Assembly (NCBI GenBank): GCA_963843575.1
Contig: CAWJKZ010000015.1
Location: 32,001-96,000 of the forward strand
Origin: an uncultured Acidobacteriota bacterium
GTDB taxonomy: Bacteria; Acidobacteriota; UBA6911
Direction of reading: 5' to 3'
Length of the DNA stretch: 64,000 nucleotides
Position numbers and translations under genes: made by a program
In this document: piece by piece, positions 1 to 10,557 of the stretch
Layout: each line of letters begins with the position of its first letter
Numbering within the stretch: the stretch's first letter is position 1
Notes under the pieces: model-generated
Databases searched by the model: none
Told to the model about the DNA's origin: nothing
Seen by the model: the letters and a program-made list of their open reading frames with translations, nothing else

Positions 1-1
1 C

Positions 2-616
2 AAGGGAACAAGGGACTTCACCCTGTCCGGCGAGAAAATCGCGGCGATAAGGAAGGCTGAATCGGAGAATGCCTGCGCAGAGATGGGGATAACGCCGCAA
101 AACTCTACTTTCATCTGGCTGGGATACGATGACGGAATGCTGGAATATGTTCCTGCCAAGGAGCTGACTGAAAAAGTCTGCAAGCTGGTAAGGCAATACC
201 GCCCGAATGCATTGTTCACCATGGATCCCGGTGACCAGTCAGTGAAATGGCATAAAACAGACCATCGGGCGTCAGCCTTGATCACCCTCGATGCCGCTCG
301 GGCGGCCGCCTACTGGCTGTATTTCCCAAGCCAGTATACCCATGAAGGCTTGCAACCCTTTACCGTAACCGACTTTTTCTTCACTTCCAGCAATGAGCCG
401 AATTACCGGGTGGACGTCACCGGCGTAAGCGACAAAAAGATCCGCGTTGGGGCTTCGTATCCGAGCCAGCACGGTGACGGGAATTTAAAGTACGCGGGCC
501 CGGCAATAGATCAGGAAAACCTCAATAAGCAGTTGAAAGCCAATGCTGATAGAATCGCCAAGAGCGAAAAGGTCTATGAGATATTCCGGAGGGTTACGGG
601 CTCAATGTCTTTCTAA
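2..616 (+). CDS. PIG-L/LmbE family deacetylase (5'-partial, runs off window start)
   Basis: Frame open from base 2 (KGTRDFTLSGEKIAAIRKAE...). Motifs LGYDDGMLEYVP, YRPNALFTMDPG, HKTDHRASA. Clear paralog of 57144..57986. Confidence 0.85.
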   Translation, partial: KGTRDFTLSGEKIAAIRKAESENACAEMGITPQNSTFIWLGYDDGMLEYVPAKELTEKVCKLVRQYRPNALFTMDPGDQSVKWHKTDHRASALITLDAARAAAYWLYFPSQYTHEGLQPFTVTDFFFTSSNEPNYRVDVTGVSDKKIRVGASYPSQHGDGNLKYAGPAIDQENLNKQLKANADRIAKSEKVYEIFRRVTGSMSF

Positions 617-1097
617 CGTGCTGCATTAAAGGGCCACGCTAGGATTGCCCGGGAGGTCCGGGCACCCTTGAAAAAAGTCTGATCGACAGGGCAGGTTTGA
701 TTTTCGTTTACCGGCTCAAACCTGCCCCCGATCCAGCAAATGTCCAGAGAGCGTCAGGCATCGCCGCGCATGAATGTATTGCTAACGAGAAAGCGTCAGT
801 GGATGGGCGACGCTTCGTCCTTCTCGACCTTGACCAACTCCAACTCGCTCACAATCCTCGCCAGCCGTCGCACCGTGTCGCAACCGCAGGGATGACCATG
901 CCGGAGTATCCCGTCATGATTCTCCCCAGCGGTGCTGCGTTGGCGGCGGAGCTTCTGGAAGAGGGGTACGGATCTGCGCGACGTCCCCGAGGACCGGCTG
1001 ACCCGCCCGATCCATCAGAAGGCATAGCGGGCAACGGTCAGCGGGAGGTACCTCCGCTATGAAGACCGTGACGCCATTGAGAAACTCCTGTCTGCGC

Positions 1098-1129
1098 TTG
1101 CCGATTGCTTGCCGATTTGTTTGCTGATT
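1098..1129 (+). repeat. Three short direct repeats TTGCYGATT, possible integrase arm-type sites
   Basis: TTGCCGATT at 1098 and 1109, TTGCTGATT at 1121, about 80 bp from the tRNA fragment. Confidence 0.45.
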
Positions 1130-1209
1130 CAGGTGGAAAACGGCGGCAAAATGCGGAAAATCGTGCCGGTAACCGCGTATCTTGTTGATTCTAAAGGTGC
1201 GAAAGGTAG

Positions 1210-1254
1210 TTCGTAATCAGTAGGTCGTCGGTTCAAGTCCGACCGCTGGCTCCA
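1210..1254 (+). mobile_element. 3' half of tRNA-Thr(CGT): att site of an integrative element
   Basis: TTCGTAATCAGTAGGTCGTCGGTTCAAGTCCGACCGCTGGCTCCA contains an anticodon loop with CGT, a T-arm (GGTTCAAGTCC), the 3' acceptor strand and CCA. No 5' half or D-arm upstream. Confidence 0.85.
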
Positions 1255-1288
1255 TTGAAAACGAAAGACTTATCGCCTTACCCTCCCC

Positions 1289-1504
1289 TCAAGACCAAGA
1301 GCTTGGCGATGGCGCCGTTGCCAGACCGGTACGTTGAGCCTGAACGTCTCGAAGACGTTGTCGTCCCACTCGACGCGAGCTGTTCCCGGTACCCGCCAGC
1401 TTGCAGTCGTCTATCGGACGGCCGCATGAGTCGCAGATCACCTTCGGGCAGTGCAGTCCGTCCTCCAGCTTCACCTGGATCCCCATCGTCCGGTCAGGAG
1501 GCAC
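1289..1504 (-). pseudogene. Small CxxC-containing protein or fragment, possibly from a mobile element
   Basis: MGIQVKLEDGLHCPKVICDSCGRPIDDC looks protein-like, then degenerates. Confidence 0.3.
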
Positions 1505-1655
1505 GTGTGCGAACCTGTGCGTTTTCTATAGAAAATGCCGCACAGGTCCTCGCAACCTGCGGGCGGACAGGTTGCCGCAGTTTGACGCGGCGTCGACAAG
1601 TCGTGCATCCATTTTATGAAACCCCGGTCACGATGGAGTTCCGGTTCCGGATTTG

Positions 1656-2648
1656 TCAGGTTTGGAGATCCGAATCCTGACTGCCTCGCCGGCTATACTC
1701 GCGAACATTCTGGGCTTTCCACAACAGGCCAGGGTGAGAACGAATAATCGCCTGCAAGTCGGGATCTTGCGTCAACAGCCCCGTTACGATTTCACCTTTG
1801 TCATTTAAGGTCGAAAGAAATTCCATTTCACAGCTGGTCAGCGGCAGGACTGCGGACAGGAGCCGGCGACACTCCATCACGAGATTCTCGCTCCATGGAC
1901 GGACATCGGCGCGTTTCGGGGCCTGCTCGGATTGAAGCATGGGCAGAAGCTGCTGCGCCACAGCATTGCCGTCAGCCCGGAGATCGTCGACCGATACCTT
2001 TCGCCAATCCCGGCGGCTTATCCCCCCATATACAACGAAAGCGAGTCGCAGCCGTGCTTTGTCGAGCTGAACCTCACGCAATAGGCGGCACGTATCGAAC
2101 AGATCTCGGGGAGCGCTCCTGTCGAAGAGGGCTGCGAGCTTGCCGGCAGCCAGTTCATGCACATCCAGCAGCGGCACTCTCATCGCGCGCAAGGAGCCGA
2201 TGGGATGCGAATCCATGAGTACGGGAGGCCAGAGCGGAGTGCGCAACAGGAAGTTGATATCGAGTTCAAGCGAACCCGGGTGCCCCCATGCGCTCACATA
2301 GGTCAGGAGCCATTTCCCGCCGGCATGCTCGCTCGGAGCTCGCCTGACTTGCATTCCGACTCGGCTGCAAACCGCCTGCACCGATTGCTCGACCTTCGGC
2401 CGCTCGCTGAGCATGGTCTCACGATCCTCGGACCCGATGTAATTGAGGTCGATATCAATGGACAAGCGGGGCACCTGAAGCACGAATAAATTGAGTGCCG
2501 TGCCGCCTTTCAGCGCAATCCGCTCCTTGAGGAAAGGATGGCTGCGCAGGGATTCGAGCAGCTCGAAGAGGGCGAGCGTCTTCTCCAGCGATTCGGCATG
2601 AAATCCTGATGCCGCAGCCTCGCCTAGCAGGTCATCTAAAGAGAGCAT
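1656..2648 (-). CDS. abiEii: AbiEii/AbiGii-family nucleotidyltransferase toxin (type IV TA)
   Basis: LKGGTALNLF...RLSIDIDL and KLAALFDRSAPRDLFD motifs. ATG at 2648 overlaps the antitoxin stop (ATGA). Confidence 0.9.
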   Translation of the reverse strand: MLSLDDLLGEAAASGFHAESLEKTLALFELLESLRSHPFLKERIALKGGTALNLFVLQVPRLSIDIDLNYIGSEDRETMLSERPKVEQSVQAVCSRVGMQVRRAPSEHAGGKWLLTYVSAWGHPGSLELDINFLLRTPLWPPVLMDSHPIGSLRAMRVPLLDVHELAAGKLAALFDRSAPRDLFDTCRLLREVQLDKARLRLAFVVYGGISRRDWRKVSVDDLRADGNAVAQQLLPMLQSEQAPKRADVRPWSENLVMECRRLLSAVLPLTSCEMEFLSTLNDKGEIVTGLLTQDPDLQAIIRSHPGLLWKAQNVREYSRRGSQDSDLQT

Positions 2649-3448
2649 CAGACGGTCTCCTCCCAACGGCGACTCAGCACATATTCTGGAATGATCAGAT
2701 TCCACGGCCGGACCAGTTTACCGGCTTTGCGGCTGCCATCGAGGTACCGCGGTTGTGTTGGAGCCAGCTCCCGGAGCGCTTCGAGATGCTTGTCCTCCAC
2801 CATTAGACTCTCGCGATGCCGCTCCAGAAAGAAACCGACGCGTGCCGCCGATATCGCGGAACCCAGCGCCCGGACATGTGAGATCACGGCATCGAGATCG
2901 AAGAATTCGACCATTTCAAGCGAACGCCAGAGTTCTTCCCAGCCGCCGCCCTTATCCGGTTCATCGAGAACATCGACAAGGGTCCGTTCCAGGGTGGTCA
3001 CCCGCACCCGGCCGCCCACGTGCCGTACCTCCCTAACTCCTTTGGCCTCGTCCGGAAGGGATTGGAGCGCCGACGAGACTTGGACCGGAACAAACTCGAG
3101 GTCACGAAATGAAAAGGGTCGCGCCCGCATGGCGGTAAGGTAGTGAAATCGTTTCCACACCGAGTAGGCCTTCCCGAAGAACTGAAGAGCGGCGTGGTAG
3201 GCGACCACCGCGTCATCCGTAACCTTCGAAGCCACCAGGTATGGATCCAGACTGGAGCCGATGCCCTCAGCACGACGTGGAACGGCGGCGTACAGACCCC
3301 GCCGCACCCTGAGAAGACGGCCCGATGCGAGGTGCCTGGCAAGCAGATTATTGCTGGTCCGCGGGCTCCTGCCCGAGGCCGTGTGTGCTGCCAGGTACTC
3401 GGCATGTCTGAATACCGGATGAGCCTCAAAGAAATCGACCGATCGCAT
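2648..3448 (-). CDS. abiEi: AbiEi-family antitoxin / transcriptional regulator
   Basis: wHTH-like LLRVRRGLY, then VVAYHAALQFFG and VTTLERTLVDVLD motifs. Coupled to the downstream toxin. Confidence 0.88.
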   Translation of the reverse strand: MRSVDFFEAHPVFRHAEYLAAHTASGRSPRTSNNLLARHLASGRLLRVRRGLYAAVPRRAEGIGSSLDPYLVASKVTDDAVVAYHAALQFFGKAYSVWKRFHYLTAMRARPFSFRDLEFVPVQVSSALQSLPDEAKGVREVRHVGGRVRVTTLERTLVDVLDEPDKGGGWEELWRSLEMVEFFDLDAVISHVRALGSAISAARVGFFLERHRESLMVEDKHLEALRELAPTQPRYLDGSRKAGKLVRPWNLIIPEYVLSRRWEETV

Positions 3449-3639
3449 GACTTGCTCCTATGCGCACTTGTGCTCACAAATAGTAGCAATAAGTGCACAA
3501 CTCGGCAAGTAAAACTAGCTATAATGAGCAATTGTACTCATTTATGGTGGGTACTTATGCGCCGATAGGACACTACCGATCCCGTGGATCACAATCCTTC
3601 TGCGGCTCGCACGGTACTGCCGAGACAACTCCTGATCGA

Positions 3640-3860
3640 TTTGTGATTTCGGGAACAGTGATGGATCCAACTCATGCATCAGTACCGGGAGCAAACCTGC
3701 TTCTGAGCAAGGGTACGAACGGGCCCGAACAATCGCTGGTGACTGATGAAACTGGTGTTTTCCGTTCTGCGCCGGTCGATCCTGGTCGCAATGAAATCGA
3801 GATCTCCCGAAATTCCTTCAGGACGCTAACCCGACGAGTTACGGTTCGGGATCGGGTCGG
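3640..3860 (+). pseudogene. Carboxypeptidase-regulatory-like domain fragment (TonB receptor N-terminus remnant)
   Basis: ISGTVMDPTHASVPGANLLL...VTDETGVFR...PGRNEIEISRNSF. No downstream receptor barrel. Confidence 0.55.
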
Positions 3861-3989
3861 AAGCCGACTCGAAGGCTCAAAAGCCTCAAAGAACGCGCCT
3901 GTTGTTTCCCACACGCTATTATAGACTTTCGAGAGGCAGACCCGTAACCCCAGAACCAGCGGAGGGCATCCATGCTCCAGCGAATCGCA

Positions 3990-4629
3990 GATGGGCGCAG
4001 CAGCGGCCGACGGCGTTGGGCGCCACCCAGACTGTGCCCCTGGTCTACGATTTCTACGGTTTTCCCGACCGGTACTATCGGACCGAGTACCCGGCCCCCG
4101 GGGCGCCCGAACTCGCCACCCGCGTCCGCGAGCTGCTCCGCCGGCGGGACATGGCGTTCACCGACGGACCGGAGCGCGGGCTCGACCACGGGGCGTATGT
4201 GCCTCTCGTCGCAATGTACCCCGGCGCCGACGTGCCCGTGCTCCAAATCTCCATGCCGCGCCTCGACCCCCAGGAGTTGTTCGCGCTCGGACAGGCGCTC
4301 GGGCCGCTGCGCGACGGAGGCGTGCTCGTGTTCGGCAGCGGCTTCCTCACCCACAACATGAGGTACGCGTTCCGATCCGACATCCCGGCATGGGCCAGGG
4401 AGTTCGATGCCTGGGCGGCGGACGCGTTGTCGCGTTTCGACGTCGACGCCCTGTTGGACTTCCGCCGCCGCGCCCCGGCGGCCCAGACGGCTTTGCCGAC
4501 CTGGGAGCACTTTGCCCCCGTGCTCGTCGCCGCGGGCGCGGTCGCGGCGCTCGCCCTGCGACGACGTTCCCGATTACCGGCTACTGGATGGAGGGGGCGT
4601 TCACGAAGCGATCGGTCCAGTTCGGCTGA
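3990..4629 (+). pseudogene. Class III extradiol dioxygenase (LigB/YgiD/DODA-like), 5'-truncated and frameshifted
   Basis: LVYDFYGFPDRYY..YPAPGAPELA, RGLDHGAYVPL, GSGFLTHN, PTWEHFAP. The C-terminus (TFPITGYWMEGAFTKRSVQFG) is in another frame after ~4550, and the N-terminal HG motif is absent. Confidence 0.8.
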
Positions 4630-5065
4630 TATCGGTCGTCCTAGTTCGCGAACGCACCGCGGCGCAGCCCACTGCCGCGGGCGGCGGGGATCGTTTCGCC
4701 CCTTGCATCGTCCTGACGCGGACAAACGCTGCGTTATGCATCGGCGGCGCTCGGGGAAGTGGGGTCGTAGACGATGCAGGGTCATACGCCCATGATCGGA
4801 AACCGCCTACTGCGGCACGTGGGATGGCAACATTTCGTCCGAGGGCTTCAATGCAGACTTGTGCCAAAACTCGATGTCGAACACCCATGCCGGCTTATAA
4901 TCGACCTCGACGACCCATGCGGGAGCCGCGGAATGACGCGCCGAAGTTGACATTTTGGAGGCCAGCCTTCGGAGCAGCTGCCGGTCAGGTTCCGAATGCA
5001 GCCCATTCCGATTATCCGCTCGCTCCAACGACTGAAACAGAGGTCCTCTCAAGGCTGGGGAGCAT

Positions 5066-7914
5066 ATGCTCGATCCGGTGACCGACCGCCCTCGACCGAA
5101 CGATCCGGTGGCACCAGCGCGCGGCAATGCCCTGGCCGACGCCTGGCGCCTGAGCGCGGACGACGTGCTGCGGCGCCTGGCGGTCGATCGGGTCGCGGGT
5201 CTTGGTGCGTCCGAAGCGGCGGCGCGTCTCGAGACGACCGGCGCCAACGAACTGACGGAACGGGCCGGGCGCGGCCGACTCGCCATCGTGCGCGAGCAGT
5301 TGATCAACGTCATGACCTTCATCCTCCTCGCCGCCGTGGTCCTCTCGGTCACGCTCGGAGACTGGATCGAAGCCGTCGTCATCCTCGCCATCGTGGTCCT
5401 CAACGCGATCCTTGGCTTCACGCAGGAGTACCGCGCCGAACAGTCGATGGCCGCGCTCAAGCGGATGTCGGTCCCGACGGTGCGGGTCCGGCGCGATGGC
5501 GCAGGTGCAGGAGATCTCATCGCGCGACCTCGTGCCCGGCGACATCGCGCTCCTGGAGACCGGAAACGTCGTACCGGCCGACGGCCGAGTCCTCGAGAGC
5601 GTCAACCTGCGCGCCCAGGAGTCGGCGCTCACGGGCGAATCGGAGGCGGTGGAGAAGGACGGGGCGCTCGTCTTCGAGGCGGAGAGGCCGCTGGCCGAGC
5701 GGCGCAACATGGTCTACGCCGGAACCATCGTCACTTACGGCCGCGGCGAGATCGTCGTGACCGCCACCGGCATGGGCACCGAGCTGGGGAAGATCGCGGG
5801 CCTGCTCCAGTCGGTGGAGGAGGAGAAGACCCCCCTCCAGGGGCGGCTCGATCGCCTGGGCAGGGGACTGGCCATAGCGGCGGGGGTGCTGGTCGCGGTC
5901 GTCTTCCTCCTGGGAATCCGGAAGGCAGAGTCGCGCGAACAGGTCCTGGAGGTGCTCCTGACCGCCGTGAGCCTCGCCGTCGCGGCAATACCGGAGGCGA
6001 TGACGGCGGTCGTCACCATCGCCCTCTCCCTGGGCGCGCAGCGCATGCTCAAGCGCAAGGCGCTGATCCGGAAACTGCCGGCGGTCGAGACGCTCGGCTC
6101 GGTCAGCGTCATCTGCTCGGACAAGACGGGAACCCTGACCCAGAACCGGATGACGGTGACGGCGATCGACGTCGCCAACCGGCGAATCGACCTCGTCCAG
6201 CGGGAGGATGGGGGGCGATTGACGCTGAGGCGCGCCGGCTCCGCCGAAGGGGGGGCGCTGGCCTCGACCCTCGACCTGCTCTTGGTGGGCGGCGCGCTCT
6301 GCAACGATGCCGTTCTCGTCCAGGAGGAGGCGCCGGCCGGCGGCTGCCACGCCGTGGGCGACCCGACCGAGGGAGCGCTGGTCCTGGCCGCGGCGGAGTA
6401 CGGCATCCGCAAGGACGACCTCGACAGGGCCCTGCCGCGGGTGGCCGAGCTCCAGTTCGACTCCGTGCGGAAACGGATGACGACGGTGCACCGCATGCCG
6501 GCCGAGGACGTGGAGGTCCCCGGTGCGTTGCGGTCGCTCTGGGCCCGGCGGAGCCAGGCCGTCGAGACGCCCGACTTCCTCGCAGTGACGAAGGGGGCCG
6601 TCGACGGGCTCCTGACGCAGACCCGGCACCTCTGGGTCGAGGGAGCGCTCGCGCCGCTCGACGAGGACGGGCGCCGCCGCGTGATGGCGGCGCACGACGA
6701 CCTCGCGGCGAAGGGGATGCGCGTCCTGGGCGTGGCGGTTCGCCCACTCGAGCATCCTCCGATCGGACCTGAGCTGGACGGACTGGAGACCGACCTGACG
6801 CTCGTCGGGCTCTTCGGCCTGCTCGACCCGGCCCGCCCCGAGGTCGCGGACGCGGTGGCCCGGTGCCGTGCGGCCGGCATCCGCCCCGTCATGATCACGG
6901 GCGACCACCCGCTGACGGCGCGTCACATCGCGAAGCAGGTCGGCATCACCGAGAGCGAGGAGTTCCTGACCGGGCAGGAGCTCGACCGGCTCACCGACGC
7001 CGAGCTGCGCGACCGGGTGAACGGCGTGTCGGTCTTCGCCCGCGTCTCGCCGGAGCACAAGATCCGGCTCGTCACGAGTCTCCAGGAGCAGGGCCTCGTC
7101 GTGGCGATGACCGGGGACGGCGTCAACGACGCGCCCGCGCTCCGCAAGGCGGACATCGGCGTGGCGATGGGCATCACGGGAACCGACGTCTCCAAGGACG
7201 CGGCCGACGATGGTCCTCCTCGACGACAACTTCGCCACGATCGTGGCGGCCGTCGAGGAAGGCCGGAAGATCTACGACAACATTCGGAAGTTCATCAAGT
7301 ACCTCCTGAGCTGCAACGCCAGCGAGATCGCCGTCATGCTGCTGGCGCCGCTCCTCGGCATGCCGCTACCCCTGCTTCCACTCCAGATCCTCTGGATGAA
7401 TCTGGTGACGGACGGCCTACCGGCCCTGGCCCTCGGCGTGGAGCCGGCCGAAGAGAACATCATGAAGCGCCCTCCCTACTCGTCGGAGGAGAGCATCTTC
7501 GGGCGAGGCCTCGTGGGGTTCGTCGTCGTGATGGGCATCGTGATGAGTCTGATCTCGCTCGGCATCGGCGCCTGGGCGTTCCGCAGCGGCGACCCGGCCT
7601 GGCAGACGCTCCTCTTCACGACCTTGATCTTCTCGCAGGTGATCCTGGCTCTCGAGGTGCGCTCCGAGCGGAGATCGATCTTCCGCATCGGGCTGTTCAC
7701 CAATCCGCTGATGGTCGTGGCGTTTCTCTCGACGGTCGGCCTGCAGGTGGCGGTCGTCTACCTGCCGTTCCTGCAGAAGGTCTTCTCGACCTCCCCGCTC
7801 GGTGCGCGCGACCTCTTGATCGCCTTCGGATCCGGCCTTGCCGTGCTGGCCGCCGTCGAACCCTGGAAGTGGGCGCTGCGCCGGACGACGACGGCCTCCC
7901 GCCGCACCGTGTGA
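5066..7914 (+). CDS. Cation-translocating P-type ATPase (Ca2+/type II-like), two frameshifts (~5500, ~7208)
   Basis: TGES, DKTGTLT, MITGDH and TGDGVNDAPAL motifs spread over three overlapping ORFs (5066, 5412, 7210). Confidence 0.92.
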
Positions 7915-8103
7915 GCGCAGTGAACAGGCTCGAAAGGCACTGCACCGAATGTGCCCGCGCCCAACGCTCGTGGCCGCATTCTGGAAACAAGCGACTCTCA
8001 GCGTCACTATATTATGCGGGACTCAATAATTCGCGGCACTTGCATCCATTTTCCCTTGTGTAGTATCCGTAGTTTTGATCTATGCTCGACATGTGGAAGG
8101 CCT

Positions 8104-8192
8104 GCGGGCGATGAAAGACAAAAGCCAAAAACAGAACGCAGATTCCGCGGATCCGCGCGCATCCGCGTCCTGAAAATACGTTGGCGTATTTG
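8104..8192 (+). repeat. Dispersed intergenic repeat (GGATCCGCGCGCATCCGCGTCC family), related to 53141..53283
   Basis: Both loci share GGGCGATGAAA.ACAAAAGCCAAAA(A)CAGAACGCAGATTCCGCGGATCC...GCGCGCATCCGCGTCCTGA.AAATAC.TTGGCGTA.TTG. Confidence 0.75.
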
Positions 8193-8285
8193 TGAACGAG
8201 GATCTCAAGAAGCCACTCTCTGGCACCCACTGGATTCTTCACAAAGATCAGCGAGTCCATTGCAGGATCGTCCCGTTAGATCCCT

Positions 8286-9842
8286 ATGCGCATACACTTC
8301 GTCAACCCGTCGGATATTTCGTTCGGCACTGCGGTCATCACGCCTCGCTGGCTGTACGTGCTTGCCGGGGCGACGCCTGGTCGCTACGGCACGCCGTCCA
8401 TCGTCGATGAAACGCTCGAGCCGTTCGACCCCGACCGCGTGGCTCCCGGCGACGTAGTGGGCATCGGCATCCACACCGGGAATGCGATTCGCGGCTATCA
8501 AGTCGGTCGACTGGCACGCGAACGCGGCGCAACGGTCGTCTTTGGTGGGGTCCATTCCAGCCTGTACCCCGACGAAGCTCTTGATTACGGCGCGGCTCAC
8601 GCCGTCGTAAGAGAGGATGGCGATCTCGTCTGGCCGACAGTGCTCGCCGACTGTACCGCCGGAACGCTCAAGGCTGTCTACGACGGCGGGCGCGTCGACG
8701 GCGACTCGTTCATTCCGGCGCGATGGGATCTGCTGCCGGCGGACCGCTACATGTGGGGTTCAGTCCAGACGGTGCGCGGCTGTCCGAAGCATTGCTCGTT
8801 CTGTTCCGTGTGGCGCACGGACGGCCAGAAGCCGCGACAGCGGGGCGTGGAGGATGTGGTGGCCGAGATCGTGGAGCTTCGACGCCGCGGCTTCCGGTTC
8901 ATTCTTCTCTCGGACGACAACTTCTACCCGGTCACGCTGGCCGATCTCGCCATGGCGGCCCGGCGTGCCGATCCGGCGCGACTCGAGAATCTCAAGACGT
9001 TGCGGCGGGAGCGCTTCGAGCTGATGTCGCGGTTGGAGCAGCTGCCCGACGATCTCGTGTTCTACACGCAGATCACGATGGAGGCTGCCGAGGATCCGGC
9101 GTTCCTCAAGGCGATGCGCAGAGCCAGGATTCGCGGGGCGCTCGTCGGCATCGAGTCGGTGACGCCTGAAGGCCTCAAGGCGGTCTACAAGGATTTCAAC
9201 CCGGCAGGGGACGCGCTTGTGACTCGTCTGCAGGCGTTTGGACATAACGGGGTGCACGTCCTCGGATCGTTCATTTTTGGTTTGCCGACCGACAGGGAGG
9301 GCACGTTCAAGGCGACAGCCGATCTGGCACAGCGGGCTGGCCTCTCCTTCGCGCAGTTTGTGATGCTGCAGCCGTTTCCCGGCACCGTAGATTTCGCCAA
9401 GTGGGAGAAGGGGGAGTCGGCCTCGATTCGTGTCGGGTCGACCCCTTTGTCTAGATACTGGCTCATCCCTTCATCCGAGCGGCCGAAGATCTACTTGTCG
9501 CACCCGGTGATGTCCGCCGACGAGATTCGCCGGCGGACGCAAGTGACGTGGGACGAGTTCTATAGTCTCCCGCTCATCTGGAAACGTTCGAAGGGATGCG
9601 TCAAGTCGCTGAAAGCCCGGGTCGCCTTCGTGTTGATCTCGAAGTTGTACCGCCAGATGTACGCGAACACGGGAATCGCCACCGACAGCGCTCGCGTCGC
9701 CCGGTCGGCGCGTCGCGCACGGGTGCTCGCCAGGCTGGCGAGGCGGCTCTTCGTCGGTGCGCCGATGCCGGAGCTCCAGGTCTCTCGTGGGGGACCGGCC
9801 GTTGGGACGACTATCCACCGCAAGCGACGGCGGCCATGCTGA
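8286..9842 (+). CDS. B12-binding domain radical SAM protein
   Basis: N-terminal cobalamin-binding-like region (VVGIGIHT, VFGGVHSSL), RGCPKHCSFC CxxxCxxC motif, DDNF, GIES, FIFGLP. Confidence 0.9.
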   Translation: MRIHFVNPSDISFGTAVITPRWLYVLAGATPGRYGTPSIVDETLEPFDPDRVAPGDVVGIGIHTGNAIRGYQVGRLARERGATVVFGGVHSSLYPDEALDYGAAHAVVREDGDLVWPTVLADCTAGTLKAVYDGGRVDGDSFIPARWDLLPADRYMWGSVQTVRGCPKHCSFCSVWRTDGQKPRQRGVEDVVAEIVELRRRGFRFILLSDDNFYPVTLADLAMAARRADPARLENLKTLRRERFELMSRLEQLPDDLVFYTQITMEAAEDPAFLKAMRRARIRGALVGIESVTPEGLKAVYKDFNPAGDALVTRLQAFGHNGVHVLGSFIFGLPTDREGTFKATADLAQRAGLSFAQFVMLQPFPGTVDFAKWEKGESASIRVGSTPLSRYWLIPSSERPKIYLSHPVMSADEIRRRTQVTWDEFYSLPLIWKRSKGCVKSLKARVAFVLISKLYRQMYANTGIATDSARVARSARRARVLARLARRLFVGAPMPELQVSRGGPAVGTTIHRKRRRPC

Positions 9843-10070
9843 ACCTCCTTGATTCGCACACGATGGCAATCGTGCGCTGTATGTGATGACCGAAGCGACC
9901 GACACCGGCCTGGTGCAGGCGAAGCAGCGGCTGGAACTGGCGGCGCTGTTTCAGTTCACCTACATGGGCGAATGATGGACGTCAACTACATTGACCGGTG
10001 ACGAAGTCGCAGTGAATTCGCCGTCGCCGGCCAATAGCGATAACGGCCCAATCGGTGATCCTTACACACC
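9806..10070 (+). pseudogene. GH13 alpha-amylase/amylopullulanase internal fragment
   Basis: Across frameshifts reads DDYPPQATAAMLNLLDSH..NRALYVMTEATDTGLVQAKQRLELAALFQFTYMG..GDEVAVNSPS..GPIGDPY, matching GH13 region IV and the xxYGDE segment. Confidence 0.65.
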
Positions 10071-10557
10071 TCGATACCCTGTCCGTTAATGGGACCGCGG
10101 TACCTTGGCGGCGCTCTTCCCGCTCTATGTCACGTATCCCGGGCGGCGCCGCTCGTCCTGACCCCCTGCACGGCCTGTTCAGCCCTCACCCGGCGGAGCT
10201 CGCCGGATAGCCTGGAGTGGTTGATGCCGGCTTCGAAGCGGTGCGCGCGCTCGATGGCGGGGTTCGCCGGGCCCAGCAGTCCCGGCCGAGCTCCTGCAGG
10301 AACGCGCGCGGGTAGCCGCTGTCCTTCGAGGTCGCGTTAACTCGTTTGGGCCGGGACGCATTGCATTGGCGTGCCCTGCACTGCTAGAATCGCCCCCTGT
10401 TATTGAGGGCGACCCGTGGATTGAACCACAATGAACTGGTTGCCGAACACGCTACACTTCCCCATGGGCACAGGGTTGCTGTGTCAGTACCTTCAAATGC
10501 AAATGTGCGTTAATGGCGCTAACTTGAGATCGCCTACTCAACCCTTTAGGAGTAGCT

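Noticed and set aside
697-1062. ORF or integrase C-terminal remnant left of the att site
   Set aside because: No convincing catalytic motif in any frame, so it cannot be supported.
1210-1254. Functional tRNA gene
   Set aside because: The 5' acceptor strand and D-arm are missing, so it is treated as an att remnant.
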